From assembly GCA_002633005.1 (NCBI GenBank), contig NMRA01000002.1:8804-72803 (forward strand): DNA of 64,000 nt, read 5' to 3'. The translations under genes were made by a program, and so were the position numbers. The notes below the pieces were generated by a model that saw nothing but the letters and a program-made list of their open reading frames with translations, had not been told where the DNA came from and made no database searches. Shown piece after piece: positions 37,901-52,000 of the stretch. Source of the DNA: Phoronis australis. Its lineage: Eukaryota > Animalia > Phoronida. How positions within the stretch are numbered: the stretch's first letter is position 1; every line of letters starts with the position of its first letter.

Positions 37901-40900
37901 CAAAGGTATACGTGACCTGATAACAAGTAATGAAAAGTCATGCCAGAATTGCTAACCAATGCTTTTCATTGTATCTGGAACCAAATTACCCACTCGATGT
38001 GATACTGGAGAGCCAGTTACCTGTAATACTAGACGGTACTCGAGAGGACAAAATACACACACGAGTTGGTGGCAACTCTGTTGTGGGAGCACTGAGCACT
38101 GAGATTCATACAACACTACTACATAGTTTTGCTGATCATTTGTTTCTGATAAGGAGATTTGAGATATGCTCTTGTGCTTTCACCATATGCCATAGAGTTT
38201 TGTGATTAAAATGTCTGCATATATCTTTACACAAGTCGACCGATGACCTTTGTAAACCAGTCAGTGTAAATTGTGGGCCAAATGTAATATAATCCATCAA
38301 ATAGAATTTATTGTATGTAGATGTAGTTGATAAGTTATGCGTTAATTATTCAAGAAAAGTACTACTGTTGTAAAACTTTTGGCTTGATTAGTCTGAATCT
38401 GTTGGTTACCTATGATGTGAACTTTTCTGTCAACTTGGAAGTGTGTCAGTCGTGTTTGCTTTTCAATTCTATTTTTCTAATTGTGTTGTGTTCTCGTTTA
38501 GGGCATATCATTTGAGGAGTACATGAACTTCTCTAAGATACTGAAAAATATAAATGACATAGACACAGCTCTCACATTCTACCACGTGGCTGGTGCTTCT
38601 ATTGATCAAGGTGGGTTTCTTTTCTTGTTTGAACGCAATCCCCCTCATATGCTGACTATGCACTAGAATCGACTATTTATGGGTAACTGCAGGTGTCAAT
38701 GAAAGGAATGTATGCTTTTTCAGTTCGTAAATACAATTTCTTGTCTAAGCAAATTGTTTCTAAGAATGCTTGTGTTCTGATAGTTGAAAGGTGGGAAATG
38801 AACGATAAATGAAATTTAAGTGTTAGTATACAAAGTAGTTCTACCCCCTTGCTAGCAAGTGTTATGCCACCTTGACAAAATTGTGTTGATCTGCGGATTT
38901 AGTACAAAATACTCTGACTTATGTTTTTCGAGCTGGCACCCATGCAGATTTTGGGGCTACATTTACAGTTTGTGAAGTGTTTTTGAAACATATCAGTTGC
39001 TGTTGAATGCCCAGTATTATTCTGTGCTCTGCTCTAAATTCAGTGAGAATATTTGGTGCAATAGTTTTTCGTTGCATACTTTCTAAAAAAAGAAAAGGAT
39101 CCCTGATTTTTTGTTCTCCATTCTACAAATCCTATTTTCCAAATCTGGCTTACACTTACATGCCTTTGTGCAGATTTAAAAAAAAAACTAGACCTTGGCT
39201 AAAGTTGACACGGGCAGCTGTTTTTTTTTCAGTCAGTGAGCGCATGTTTCAAAGTGAGACCATAACCAGCTAGACTTTTTGGCCTTACCTTGTAGGCCAA
39301 CATGTATGATGTGCCAAGTATAATCACATTGGTCCTTAATAGAGAAAACGAGTAACCCCTTGATCATTGTCTTTAACTTTAAAAAAGCTCTACATCCAGT
39401 AACAAAATGTCTGACACCAAGTAAAAAAGACCTAAAAACACGGTGGGATATCCCAACCTTGTTTTAAATTTGTCCCTAGTTGATGTTGAAGTGGATTCCT
39501 TAATCTGATATGAACTGCTTGTTGGTAATCAACATGATCATGCAATCGGACATTTGTCGTCAGTTTCAGTTGGATTTCGTGGCAATCTATGCAATGATCT
39601 TTGCACGTATTACTTAAGCAGTAGGATTTGGTGTACTCTTAAGAATTACACTAAAACATCTGTCATGGGTCAACATAACCACAACTTCGACATGTACAGT
39701 ACAAGCCAAAAGTATTTGACAGGCAAAATGACCCAATATTCCCTCTCCTAGATGACTGGGTGAAAACCGAGTTCATTGACAGGGTAGTCATCCCACATGA
39801 TCAAGACTGAAGGGGAATAAACAAGAAATGTACTTAAAGGTGGCTAAGCCATTGCGTATTTAGAATTTTGCCTCTTTCATAGTTATTCCCAGTCATTTTT
39901 GTTGTAACATAATTAGTCGTGAAGGCGTTTTGTCCGATTACTGTTGTCTTGTACTGTAAGTGCATGAGCGTGTACTTACGAAAAGCCAATGACTCATCCA
40001 GACTGACAACAATGAATTAACAGAGGTTGCTTGTATGTTTATCCAACTGCAACTTGCAGTAATGAAGTCAACACCCTACTGAAGTCATGCGACTCTGTTT
40101 GTTATTTATATGTGAAAATATGCGATTTATGTTGCCTTTTGGATGTAACCGCTGATTCTTGTTTTCCTCAATTTCAGCCACATTCAAACATGTTGCCAAG
40201 ACGGCCACCAAAGTTGACTTGACGGATCATGTGATTGACGTTGTCTTCACATTGTTTGACGAAAACGGTAAGTAGCTGTCATGCCACAAATTAAAAATAT
40301 TTGTAAGCATCTAGCCTAGTGTCAGATTGACTAAACTGTTTTTCTGCGTTTTGACCTTGTGTGTTGAATGGACATTTCGGTTTAACAAATTTTGTTGCTG
40401 ACTTTGTCAGTTCAGATCTCAAATATTTTGTGTTCGTTTGTTAGAGTAGACAGTTGCATGTTCATATACCCTTCAGTCGGCTATTTTATCTACAAGTCCA
40501 TGCAGTCTGTTATGACTCGAGACCTCTGGCGATCACTTTGCTTGACAACCAACCTTGGTGTGGCTTATCCTACGCTGTGTTGTACTTACATGTTGATTTT
40601 AAAAATTGATGAAATATAAAATCAAAAATTTCCATCAAGTTAGTGTATCGTCTAGTTCCAGTCTTGGTTTTGGCCATAACTTTTTTGATGGAAATTTTTT
40701 AACTTTTTGAAAACTGTTGCTGTAGAAGCCAAAGAAAATCAGGTAGTTAAATCTGTTACACATTATAATGAAATCATCATTGTACTTCTTAGTTTTATAT
40801 AGTTCTCTGTATGAACATAGCCAACTGCACTTGACAATCAGCAAAATTTTGGACCAAGTATATTAAGTTAATTTTTAAATACTTCAGTTGTCACGAAGCT

Positions 40901-41120
40901 TGATAATTTTAATGAAGTTGGTCAAACTTTCTTACCTATTTAAAGATACACATATTTTTCTCTTGTAGACGATGGGCAGCTGAGTAACAAAGAGTTTGTA
41001 TCTGTAATGAAGCAGAGAATGATGCGAGGACTGGAGAAACCCAAGGAGCTCGGCTTTGTTAAGCTCATTACCTCGATGTATAAGTGTGCTAAGAGTCAAG
41101 TGCCGTCCATATTTGATTAA
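25967..41120 (+). CDS. MICU1: Mitochondrial calcium uptake protein 1 (EF-hand gatekeeper of the MCU complex), 11 constitutive coding exons, 520 aa
   Basis: Exons 25967(ATG; acceptor at 25949)-26313, 28600-28747, 30398-30551, 31389-31426, 34572-34680, 35907-35989, 36574-36768, 37634-37771, 38502-38610, 40178-40267, 40969-41120 (1563 nt, in frame). Features: R/S/L-rich presequence plus hydrophobic segment, polybasic [37 protein letters not shown]-hand loops [12 protein letters not shown] and [12 protein letters not shown], and C-terminal helix MYKCAK with the conserved Cys. Confidence 0.96.
26595..27551 (+). mobile_element. ~960-bp non-autonomous hAT-like element with 5-bp TSD and internal tRNA-like segment
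   Basis: Ends CAGTGACGGAT and ATCCGCCTATG, TSD AATCC on both sides, G/C-run subtermini. Minus-strand A-box/B-box segment at ~26853-26912. Confidence 0.7.
29739..29927 (-). mobile_element. Short related hAT-like MITE, 6-bp TSD (MICU1 intron)
   Basis: CAGGGCTTGAAAT...GTCATTCCAAGACCTG flanked by GATTGA on both sides. The right end is the reverse complement of a sequence close to the left end of the other two copies. Confidence 0.8.
32342..32356 (+). CDS. MICU1: Candidate 15-nt alternative microexon of MICU1 (AKKQL)
   Basis: ttttttacttgctatgaacag|GCTAAAAAACAGTTG|gtaagt. It is phase 0-0, matching the flanking junction after RFDPK. There is a ~110-nt AG-free zone upstream, a TGC just before the acceptor and a consensus donor. 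Confidence 0.7.
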
Positions 41121-42601
41121 CTAGTTGTTATGCTGTCTTCTAGTCTGGTTTCAGTTTTCATTAAAGTTGTATTGGACGCTGTGTTGCCGGGTCAAAAACA
41201 GACAACTAAATAAAATTATAGCAAAGTGGTTCATCAAATCAAAAATAGTTGCTGTGAGCCTCATTTCGAGCATAGCATAATCATGGAAAAAAATTTTATT
41301 TACAAGTTTCTTAACTTCACAACTTAACTTTTGTGAGAATCAGACGCCATTTTGCAAAATGGAACGTACCAAGGTAATAGTCACATTAGCTAAACAGGGC
41401 TCAGTGTACCTTACGTTACCATAAAAAGTTGCTTTTGCCTGAGATAAGTACCATGCGAATTTAATGTACTGGCTATAAAGATAACTTATCTATCGGGTTG
41501 TCTTTCTTAACACTTCATTGCATACCTCATTAGCCAGCATAAGTCACGGCCGTTCTTTTGGTTCTCATTACATGCTATTGCTTTTTACTTTAGCACGCTT
41601 CTAAAGGCGACCAATTTATCAAAGTGGCGAGTATTGGTTTTTCCTTGCGGGTGGTATTTTACGTTAGAATGTCAATGGCAGGGTTAAATAGGATAAAAAT
41701 GGTATGAAGGTATAGAATTTAGTAATATATAGCTATTAACTGTAAGGATAATACAATTGTAACAAAGTCTGACTTATCTGAAGGCCAGAGTGAGCAATTT
41801 AAAATAACTGTACTGCTGAATTTTGTCAAGGTTGAGCAGAAATCTGATTTGTGCATGTCCAACTTGTGAATTTTACTGTGCATAACATGTCGATTTATCC
41901 TATTGGTTTTTATGCCAACACGTTGATATCTCTGGTCTGCTTTATATCAGACATTAGAAAAAGCTGTATGAAGCAAAATGCAGTCCTATGGAATCCTACT
42001 ATAATGATTATCTTTTCAGTTTTTCATTAATTCACGATGTTAGCCTTCTTATTGGTTTAGAAAAACCAAGAGGCAGTGAGCAGTGGCAAATCTATTGTGA
42101 GAAAAAGTTGATGAGGTTCCTACTGGGACTTTGAAAATGTTCTGTCATAACCATGTGAACATTGTCTGAATTCTTAAAAACAAAGTGTGAAAGGGCTATT
42201 TTGCATGAAAAAATGGCACTTGCAGAATGGGATGTTATAAGCGAGTGAACATTATCAACAGGGTTCCATATCATACTTGAAAGTGGTAACAGGAAGGCAC
42301 ATCAAAATAGATTACTGTAATAGAATTTGCGTTTTCTGTAAATGTGAAGATGTACTGCACTTTTTGTTGGTCTGTAATGCTTATGCAGACCTTTGTCAGT
42401 AATATATGAATGTAAATTTTGATAACCATAACCCTGTCCTATACTTCAACAAGATTATGAAGACTTATAATTGTAAATTTCGTATATTTAGCCACCGTAC
42501 TTAAAGAAAAATTGTTTAAGGCGATGTTTGGTGTTTAACTGTGCTTGTATACATGTTTAATTGTACTTTGGGCCTCTGTGCTCCAATAGCCTATTTTCAG
42601 T

Positions 42602-42750
42602 CTGCTCATACAAAACAGTGTCTGATTTTTGAGAAATATCATGAACACCAAAATCCCCCATGTCCCAATCTTCAAAATCCAAGAGAACTCGATTTTGGCT
42701 TGAATTTTGGTTTCCCAAATTTTAGACAGTACCAAAAGAATTTTTGTAGT
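42602..42750 (+). repeat. Dispersed repeat fragment, related copy at ~5533-5660
   Basis: Same core sequence as the copy at 5533. Confidence 0.6.
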
Positions 42751-45700
42751 TCAATCACTGGAGATAATATGTCTCTCTTAGTTATGGTGATAAAGAACAC
42801 TGCATTATTCTTGATCAAGTATAGCCTTCTGCAATATGTTGTTCAAGTTTATAATTTCTTGAAAGTTTTTCCGTATATAAAATCATGACAGTTTTGCAAT
42901 ATTTTTGTGATTTCATGCATGTCAGCCTGCATGAAATATATGTCAGTTATTGGGAACTTGTTTTATTCATTTATGAATGTGCGCAAGATATAAATTTTAC
43001 TGATGTAAAAACTCTGATTCAAAATTGTAGTTTTGGGAATCTGTTCATTCGATGCAGTGATTATCTTGATACTAAGCTCTCAGACAAAAGGTCACAAGTT
43101 CGTCTCCAGTCTGTTGCTGTATACATCCATTTCCTTCAAAAAGGTGCAGCACAAGACATAAGTACTTTCCACAAAATACTGTTTTCCCCATCATGAATGT
43201 CAATTCTATTAAAAGCAAAAATTACAGGTAATAACTATTAGGGTGGCAAAAATTAAATAACGGAATGGCTTACCCACGATACTAACTTTAATTTGTTAAC
43301 TACTCTTCATTCTCGGTGTCATGAGGGAATGCTACTCTGATGACTAATTTGGCTTCTGCCCAGCTGTAATGGCAGTAAATTCTGGGTCATTTAGTCTTTC
43401 TTACTTTTGGCTTGTACTGCACCACAACTGGTCTTTTGCCAGTCTGGTTGATTTTCATACAAGATGAATACCAGCCTTACTTGGGGAATAAACCGTGATG
43501 GACTTGCCACGGCCATCTATGGGGGAAGTCACAACTGCCCTTCCCATCTAGTCGTGCTATAAATCAAGGTTAGCAACTGCATTTCTGATGGGTCATTAAA
43601 AATGCTATATGGAGTGCTATATATAGTGCTGTTTGGGCAATTGGATATTACCCTTGGAGGAATATGGTTTCACATAATGAATTTTGCCATGAACAAAAAA
43701 TCAAATGTGAAAAAGAAAATTTTAAACACCCACTAGTGTTCAAAGTTATCAGATAAACTTGTTGACGTGAACTGGCTTTGGATTTTAACTTTAACCTCCA
43801 CACGGCATTGAAACATGTGTTAATGTTTTCAAGACATCAGAAACCTTCATTAAAACAAATCATTGAACAAAAGCATAATTTTGTCATGTTTAACCATGGC
43901 AAGTCTTCAGTTCCCCAAAAGGGTAGTTTGATGACAATTACGTATAATCAATGGGGAACGATTGTTGTGAACGGTATTCAGTAACGGCAATTTCATGAGG
44001 TCTCAAATTAAAAAGGTCCATCCTATTGACTTATGTGGAGTATAATCAACCAAGATCGGGATATCCTGCCATTTTGAAAGGGCGTCCTTGTTTAGGGCTG
44101 GAACATTTGCTGCAAATACAGGTACACCTCAACTGAATGAAAACTGGAAATAATTTCTAGAAGCTTGTAATATTGGGGTCAAGACAGAAATGACAAATTT
44201 GGAATATTTGCAACTCGTTCATGATCGACAAAAAGGCAGAGCTTCATTTGAAACACCATACAGTGTGCATTCTGCAATTTCAGCATTTCTCAGGCATCTT
44301 GAGACGGATGCTTTTGTTGAACAAATTAGAGACTTTAAAAGATCAGCAACTCAAACTGGTCTTTGCCTGAACTACTGTCTCACCCCTATGAACAAAAATA
44401 TTTGCCAAAATTGTTCATTTTTTCATTATCAGGGTCTTTTAGCATTGTTGTGACTGTCCATTTTTGAAAATAGTTTGATGGTAACTAGGCTACACATCTT
44501 GAACCTACAGCAGTAAAGAATTAATTTGGTGCTATTAAATTATCTTTTGGTGAAAAATGAGAGAATAAAATTTTACTTATATCCTAAATTGGCGAGATTT
44601 GACCTGTCACGGCAGGACATCTATCGTCTCGTTTGAATAACTCGCAGCACTGATACATGAATAGTCTTAGCAAGTGTTCCCACTCTGAATACTAATTTGC
44701 AGGTCAGTGACTTTTGAAGGACTGTCATATGCTAAGAACTGCCTGTGTTGAGCTTACTTTCAATTGGAGGCTTGTAGACATGCCTTTATTTAAATGTGGA
44801 TTGGTCTCCATGCATTAAATTAGTGCCAATTAAACAATAAAAATTAACTTGAGTCTCGAAAACGACGTGTAATTCAGGTTTTAGCTGACTTTTTATGGAA
44901 AAAGTGCAAGTCACAACTAGTGTTAAGATTGAAAAATACTAAGATAACATAGTTCATAAAAGTTTGTATTCAAGTACAACATCATGAAACTAATTTAATT
45001 ACAAAACAATACAGTCGCACAATATTTTACACATGATAAATGCTTTCTAATAGCAAAAAAACGAGATTAAAAAAACAAGCTTGTCACAAGCTCGAGACAA
45101 CTTCTGTTACCATCGTGGTAAAAATGAAAGAATTACAACAGATATAAAAAATGGCGATGAACCGTGAAATTACTTTAGGTAGTGGGAAAGTAGCCACACC
45201 TTAAAACATGAAGTTGTTCCCTCCAAACCCTGAAAACAAAAACATATATCTAGTAACTTAAAATTGAAACTAAATTTTGAATTGGACTATTTTAAGTCTT
45301 GAGGTAAATAAGCAGTGTTGATTGTTAAGTTGGTCTTGACTTTAGTGTTACTGTAACATTCAAGAATAAAGTTTTATTTTGTAAAAAAATAAAATGCCCA
45401 TAACGAACTTCTACCTTAAAATAAATTATGGGACACTGTATGCATTCCGTTTATATGAAAAAAGAGTAATTTTGTTCCCACTAAAAGCCTAAACATGAAA
45501 ATTATTTCTACCACCAACAGATCTAAAAATGGCTTACAATTGATCAAGGCTTCGACAAAGTTGTCAACATAAAGGGATTTTTGACACAATTTGATGAAGC
45601 CCCGAATGAATGTTTAGAGAAGGAAATCATTTTAATAGAGCTAGATTTGTAACGTATTTTGTGTGGATACACTTCAGGTGTTAAGCTTAGTTTTCATGAC

Positions 45701-46019
45701 TGGGAGGGACACCAATGCCAAGTCTCACAAGTGAAGAACGATTTAATATCACGCCTCACTCAAGATTTTTAAAATTTCCACATCTTCACTGTAACCTACT
45801 ATGCAGAAGTAAAACTTTATTGACATCAGAACAAATGGCAAACTCGTCTTAATGTAAAATGGTGATTGGCAAGGCCAAGTGCACTACAGACACACAGCAT
45901 TGTGGGTAAATAACAGAATCAAAGAGGGCGCTGTGTTATTCTGGAAAGTGGCTGCTTTGAAGCACTTCAGTAGGAGAAGCATCTCACAGAAACAAATAAC
46001 TATTAACATTAACTGTATT

Positions 46020-49000
46020 CTAACCGTCATAATTGCCACCTGAACCTCCGCCGTATCCCATGCTATTCCCGCCGCCAAAACTTCCACCAAAGGAGCCCCC
46101 TCGGCCAGGACTGGAGTTGAGGAACAGTTCAATGTAACGACTGCCTGCAAACAGAAACAGGTTGGAAACTCGTCAATAAACAGTTGTGAGATGATTATCA
46201 TATTAAAGTGCCAAGCAAGCATATTGTTGTCATCTTTAAACTGTAGGCCTACTTGAAAACATTCACTCTCATGTATCGTGAATTAAATTTCTAAAGATTC
46301 TATACAGGAAAACATAAAATATAATAAATTAGTATTTCGAACACAGCGCTGAACTCGATGCAAAAGGATTCCAAAGATGGGAAATATTTAAAGGAGAATG
46401 CCACCCGATTTACAGTCTTAATCGGTCTATATCCACATCGCCTCTTATACGGTCGACCTCAACTTGTCGAGAGGTGTCGCTTTAACCTGTGAGGAAGGTG
46501 AGAAACAATGCAGCGACGTCAGTGGTTCGTCTACAGAGTGAATGCTGCTATATTGCAGTGCATCGTTCCCGCTTGTCCGAACTATGAAGCTGCGAAGAAA
46601 GCAGCCTGAAATGCTTAGGAAGTGGCTCGCGGTAGTGAAGAATGAAAGGTACGCTGTTGACAGCAAGTGTGAGGCCGTGAAACATCTCCGTGTCTGTGGC
46701 CGGCATTTTGTCGACATTGATTTCTCTGACGAATTCCTGCTTACCAAAGCACTATTCATACATTCCGGAACCTGTGCATGTTCACGGCGCCTCTCTAGTA
46801 TTTCTTGATTGGTGTATTCCGGTTTGAACTGATAGCCTGTGAAACCTAATGATCCAACCCATGAAGTCTTCTTCGGGTGAGCGCTCGACTAAGTTGGGAT
46901 TGGCACCGGGCGAGTTGCCATGTAGACGTTTATTATTCTGCGTTCTGTTTCAAAATGAATTATTCTCATCCTAACCAATGCTTATATATAACTGAAACAA
47001 AGTCTGTCTCACTAGATACAAATTGTAATGCCTCATTGCAGTGTTCGTGAGTGCAAATGTTGAGAAGCCAGCAATGAATAAACCACTGTGTTACTGGCTT
47101 TTGATGCCGGCAGGTTTAGTTTCCAACTCAAGCTGGTTTATGTTCGTGCCAGTCCCGGTGGTCGCAACAGGCCTGATCGGGTTCCGAGCCACTGGCCGGG
47201 ATAACAAGCGTTTTGTGTGTTTAGAACTCAAAAAATCACAAGTCTTAACAACACAGATCTATGTTCTCCTGTCCGTATTTCACGGAAGAATACTTTGAAT
47301 TTATCTCTGAAAAGACCTTAAACTCCTGCTACAGACCTTGGTAAATTGGCCTGCCGAACTTTGTAGGCTACGGCGAGTCCAAATACCAATAAATCCTTAA
47401 CAGCGAAATAAAAAAACATGTTTTTATAAGAACTCGGTGTATTAGCAAGGGTTTTACATCGAAGTTTGATGATTTATTGGTTTTAAACGATGAATTCAAG
47501 CGATAAGCTGACACCCTCTCAACATCTTAAAATGATTTCCAAAGCAATCATATGATATCCCATAATGCGAAACCAGGTAAGCGCATTTTTCATTGGTCAG
47601 TGCTTCACAAAGTAACTGCAACTGGCCAATCACACAAGGGAAATTTCATATGAAATTTGCATTATACACTCTGTACTCAGGATATGGCTAATTGGTTGGA
47701 TCTTGCATTCTCCAGTCATGTTCTGCCTCGATCTTTGCCGATCTGGCGCTTCAAAACACTGACAATTCTTTGGATATTTTCAACTTTCATCAGAAGAGAA
47801 AGGGAAATTACGAATGCTAATTGCATTGTATATTGCATACTGGCTTTCAGAATATGTCTTAATGGTTGGATCTTGCACACTCAACTATTTCAGCCACTTG
47901 CTGGTATTTTCTGCCTCGATCTTTGCCAATTTGGTGCTTCGAAGAGCGGCTAATTTTAAACATATTTTTTACTTATACTTTTAATTTTTTTTCAAAGAGG
48001 AATAAATGCTCAACATCCATAACATTTGAAAATCAGTTCGTAGCAATTTTCAGGTTCTATAAGTAACAGGGCTTGGAATGACCAATGACAAAAAACGCGG
48101 AAACTTTGAAACTTTTACGGCCCAAATCTTGCCCGATAACCAGCCTTGAAATGGTCAGTGTGAATCTTTCCCCGACAAAAATCGTGAGNCAATAACACGA
48201 GACGCCATTGAAAATCTCCCACCACGCTGTCCAGATGCCCCGGCAATGTTGACAATTTACGCTCCTCCGAAACATAAAGAGCAACTTTCGCTTCTCGAGG
48301 TGAACGTCGTCTGCAACGCCGCGGTAAGAAAGGAATTTGCCGCGGAAATTTTATATCAAATCCGATTTTTTTACGCGGAAATATTATTAAAAAAGCGGAA
48401 AGCACATTTGAAAAAAGCGGAAATCCGCGTTTCCGCGGAAAATTCCAAGCCCTGAAGTAAGTAAGGATAATTATGTAACACTTGGCAGCCCTGTAAACCC
48501 TCACAGTTAAGGAGCAGCGAATCTAAAACACTGTGTTCAACAACGTCAGAAGAGACACATCAGTCAGACCTCATTATAAAGAACCTCCCGTGTGCAAACA
48601 GACATTAAACCAATTTCAATCTTTTATCTGACAATTTACTGGAATACCCAACCGTGCACGCCAAATCCTGTCTCTGTGCAGATGTGAAATCAAGAAGTCC
48701 ACCTTGACATTGAAATTGAGACATAGTAATCACGTGAACAAAGTATCCATGTTTGTTGAAGAAGAAGTGTACAAAAGGTATTGTGCAAAAGAGCGTGATA
48801 AGGGAGTGCAACTTATATATTGGGTTCATTGAAGTGCAGTTCGACTATACAATGACACATCCAGTCAAAGGACTGCTGTTCAATAACAAAGTACTGTGGC
48901 ACATACCCATATTCGACTTGTCTCTCTTCATGGCTTCGCATGCCAAGTCATGGGACTTGAAATCCACATCGGCTTCTCCTGTTGACTTATTGTTGGGAAG

Positions 49001-52000
49001 GTAGTGTATCTTGACGTCAAACACCTCGAGAGGGTCGAAGAACTGGAAGTAAGTAAAAGAAGACATTACATGACAACACCTGACCGCAGTGTTGCATGCA
49101 GAGGTGCAGTGCGCTGTGCATCCTGTCAGCAAACACACTTACAACACAATAAAACCACGGTCTCATCCAATGCTACATTAGCTTGACACATGAACACAAC
49201 CAAGTTTAATCTCAGGCGAGACACAATCGAGTACTTACAAAAAGGTGAATGTTTTTGACCGTCACTATATGCAGTCACCCTCAGAATGACAGCTAGGTGG
49301 ACTTGCAGTCTGCGTATTCATTACAAAAGCAGGTGACAGGGTTACGAATCGTGACGTAGATCACTAGCCTCTTTCTGACATTTATGACATTGTATTACAT
49401 ACCCACGGTAAGAACTTCATCACATGACTTCACGTACAACTAACCATCACTATGAAGATGACTGCAGCCATTGACCATCAAACACATTCAATTTCTAGTA
49501 AGTACTCAATTGTGTCGCCTGATATTTGGCTCACCAATTGGATGAAAGTATCTAGGAACGACCAAGTTTGACTAACATGCATACAATGTGAGTAATACGA
49601 CTACTGTACGTCACAAAATCAAACTTTTGACTTACAACACTTCACATTATGATACTGGTCTCAAGTTGTTCCTACGTTAAATTAGCTTGGAAAGACAAGG
49701 CCATCTGTCCTTGCCCGAGACCAGGCTCTACAAGTTGGTTTGTTATGGCTGGTCATTTTATGCACTGACCGTGGTTTTGAGCAATAACACATTGTCACAT
49801 CTTCTCAGCCCAGCACAACTTCGCAGGTTAGTAGGGAGAAAGTTAAGATCATTCAATAGCTGTCAGTGACCTCATTCTTTGACGAAAGTGGGTTCGTCGT
49901 AGCTTTAAAATATATCAAAATTAACAGTGGAAATTCTTAATAGAAAAATAGGTACTTTGATAATATCCTGCAGCGAGGCAGAGAACGGCAGGCCCCTCAT
50001 GTGCACCGAATGACCCGTCTTGCTCTTGAAGTGATGGACCATGCCCCCACCACGACCGCCCATGTTCATACCCATGTCCATACCGTCATCGAAACCTGCA
50101 AACAAAAATGCCCAAGAGCAGTTAGCAAAATCATGCTAAATGCAACAGACAAAATTTGCAAAATGGACATTTCAGCTTTAGCAATAGAACTTAACAAACT
50201 TTTGTTATGGCTTGCGTGACGAGGTTTGCTACAAAAGACTTGTGATTTGCTGTTCTAAACAAATTTTTCTATTCTTTCCTTCGAAATGTTCCATCAAAAC
50301 CGTAAAATAATGTCTCCGAATGAAGTACAACTTAGCACCTAAAACATGGATGCTGGAGCCTCAAGTCTCTCATCATAGGTTCAACCAAATGAAGCAAATC
50401 CTTCATTGAATGGCACAACAGTGTAACTCATCCTTAACACGGACTGCACTTAACAACCCTGACACTCACCGCCACCACCTCCATAGCGTCCACTTCCACG
50501 GTTCATGCCACCTCCACTGCGACCTCCCATGTTGCCATAGTTACCACCACCACCACCGCCGCTGTTGCCCTGGAAACCACCATAGTTACCACCTCCGTAG
50601 TTACCACCTCCGTAGTTACCACCTCCGTAGTTACCGCCACCGCCACCGCCACTATAACCGTAGTCATCGTTGTCGAAGAAACCGCCTGTGAAATATATTT
50701 CTCAACTTCAACCAAAAGTCTACTTTGGGGTTCTTTGGTAAAAAATGCCTGTTTTATGTATTTTTGCATTTATTGCAGCTCTCCCACCACATGAATGCAG
50801 CCCATTAACACACGCGTTTTAAGCATGGACAAAGAAATGCGTTACAAACCGGCAATTTCGTGAAAATGAAACGTGCTTGAGAAAATAACTGCACATTTCT
50901 GACGAGTCATTTTGTGCGACTCTTTCAGGACTACAAGCAACATTGTGCTGAAAGTCCAAATATATTCTGAACAAGGGCCAATAAACAAACATTCTGTTTC
51001 CAGATATTCTAGCACAAATGGTCAACTAACCAAAAACGCATCATCTCATTGATCAGTAGACAGACATATTGTTAGCAGATGTCTCATTTTGAGTTTAGAA
51101 TACCATACAAACAAAACCAGTCTCACCTTTCACATTCCTGCCCCCCATCTTGTTGCTGAAGTTGGGCGGTCCGCCCCCCATGCGACTGTATGGGTGGTTC
51201 CGTGGCCCCATCATGCCCCGACCCCCAGGGGTGTTGGCACTCTGAGACTCTTTCAAGTTACTTATGAACAACTCGATGTACCTACATGACAAAAATTGAA
51301 CTTTAACAAAATCGGTTACATGAACAGAACACACTCTAGTGGAAATCTTTGATGTTAAAACCACATGCCATGACAGTGTAGTCACGGGTGGAAACTTGGG
51401 TCTCAAAGAAACACCCTATTTTGTCCGTTTTCAAATGAGCATCAAGAAGGTGTACAACATCTGAGAACAGAATGACATGGGAGGTTAAGAATTTAACGTA
51501 GAGCCAAGAAGTACATAGCATTGAATATTTAGGAAAAATGGTAGCTTACATTACAAGTCCAAGTGAAGACCTTTCACCAGGTTTCTTAATTTGCCAGTTG
51601 CGTAACACACTTTTTGAACAGCACCCCTTACACACACACGGGACCATCCGAAATCCCCGGGGTCATCCATAGAAGAAACGATACCACTCACCTCCCACTC
51701 ACAGCCAGCCTGCTAATGGCCGACTCTGACACATCCCACCACACCGGGGGGTGACCCAAGCCTTCCTGCCTTCAACAGTTAACAACCGACCTCCACTACA
51801 CTCTTTTAACAGGCAAAGACCCAAGCCAGGCCCTTGCGGCAGCTTCACCGGCTTGCCGGCAGCACTCCACATACGTTACCCACACCGATGACCCAGCCAG
51901 TGCCCACCTGTGCCCGATTTTCTCGTTGTTGCACATTTGAAACGCCTTGTCAGCGATCTCCTGGTTGGTGAACTGTACATACGCCTCCCCCGTTGCGTTC

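Noticed and set aside
48180-48200. Apparent ~120-bp internal deletion in the MITE copy relative to 21708-22216
   Set aside because: An N lies exactly at the junction (48189), so it may be an assembly gap rather than a true deletion.
50410-50769. His-rich and Val/Thr-rich ORFs
   Set aside because: They are alternative-frame or antisense shadows of the Gly-rich hnRNP exon.
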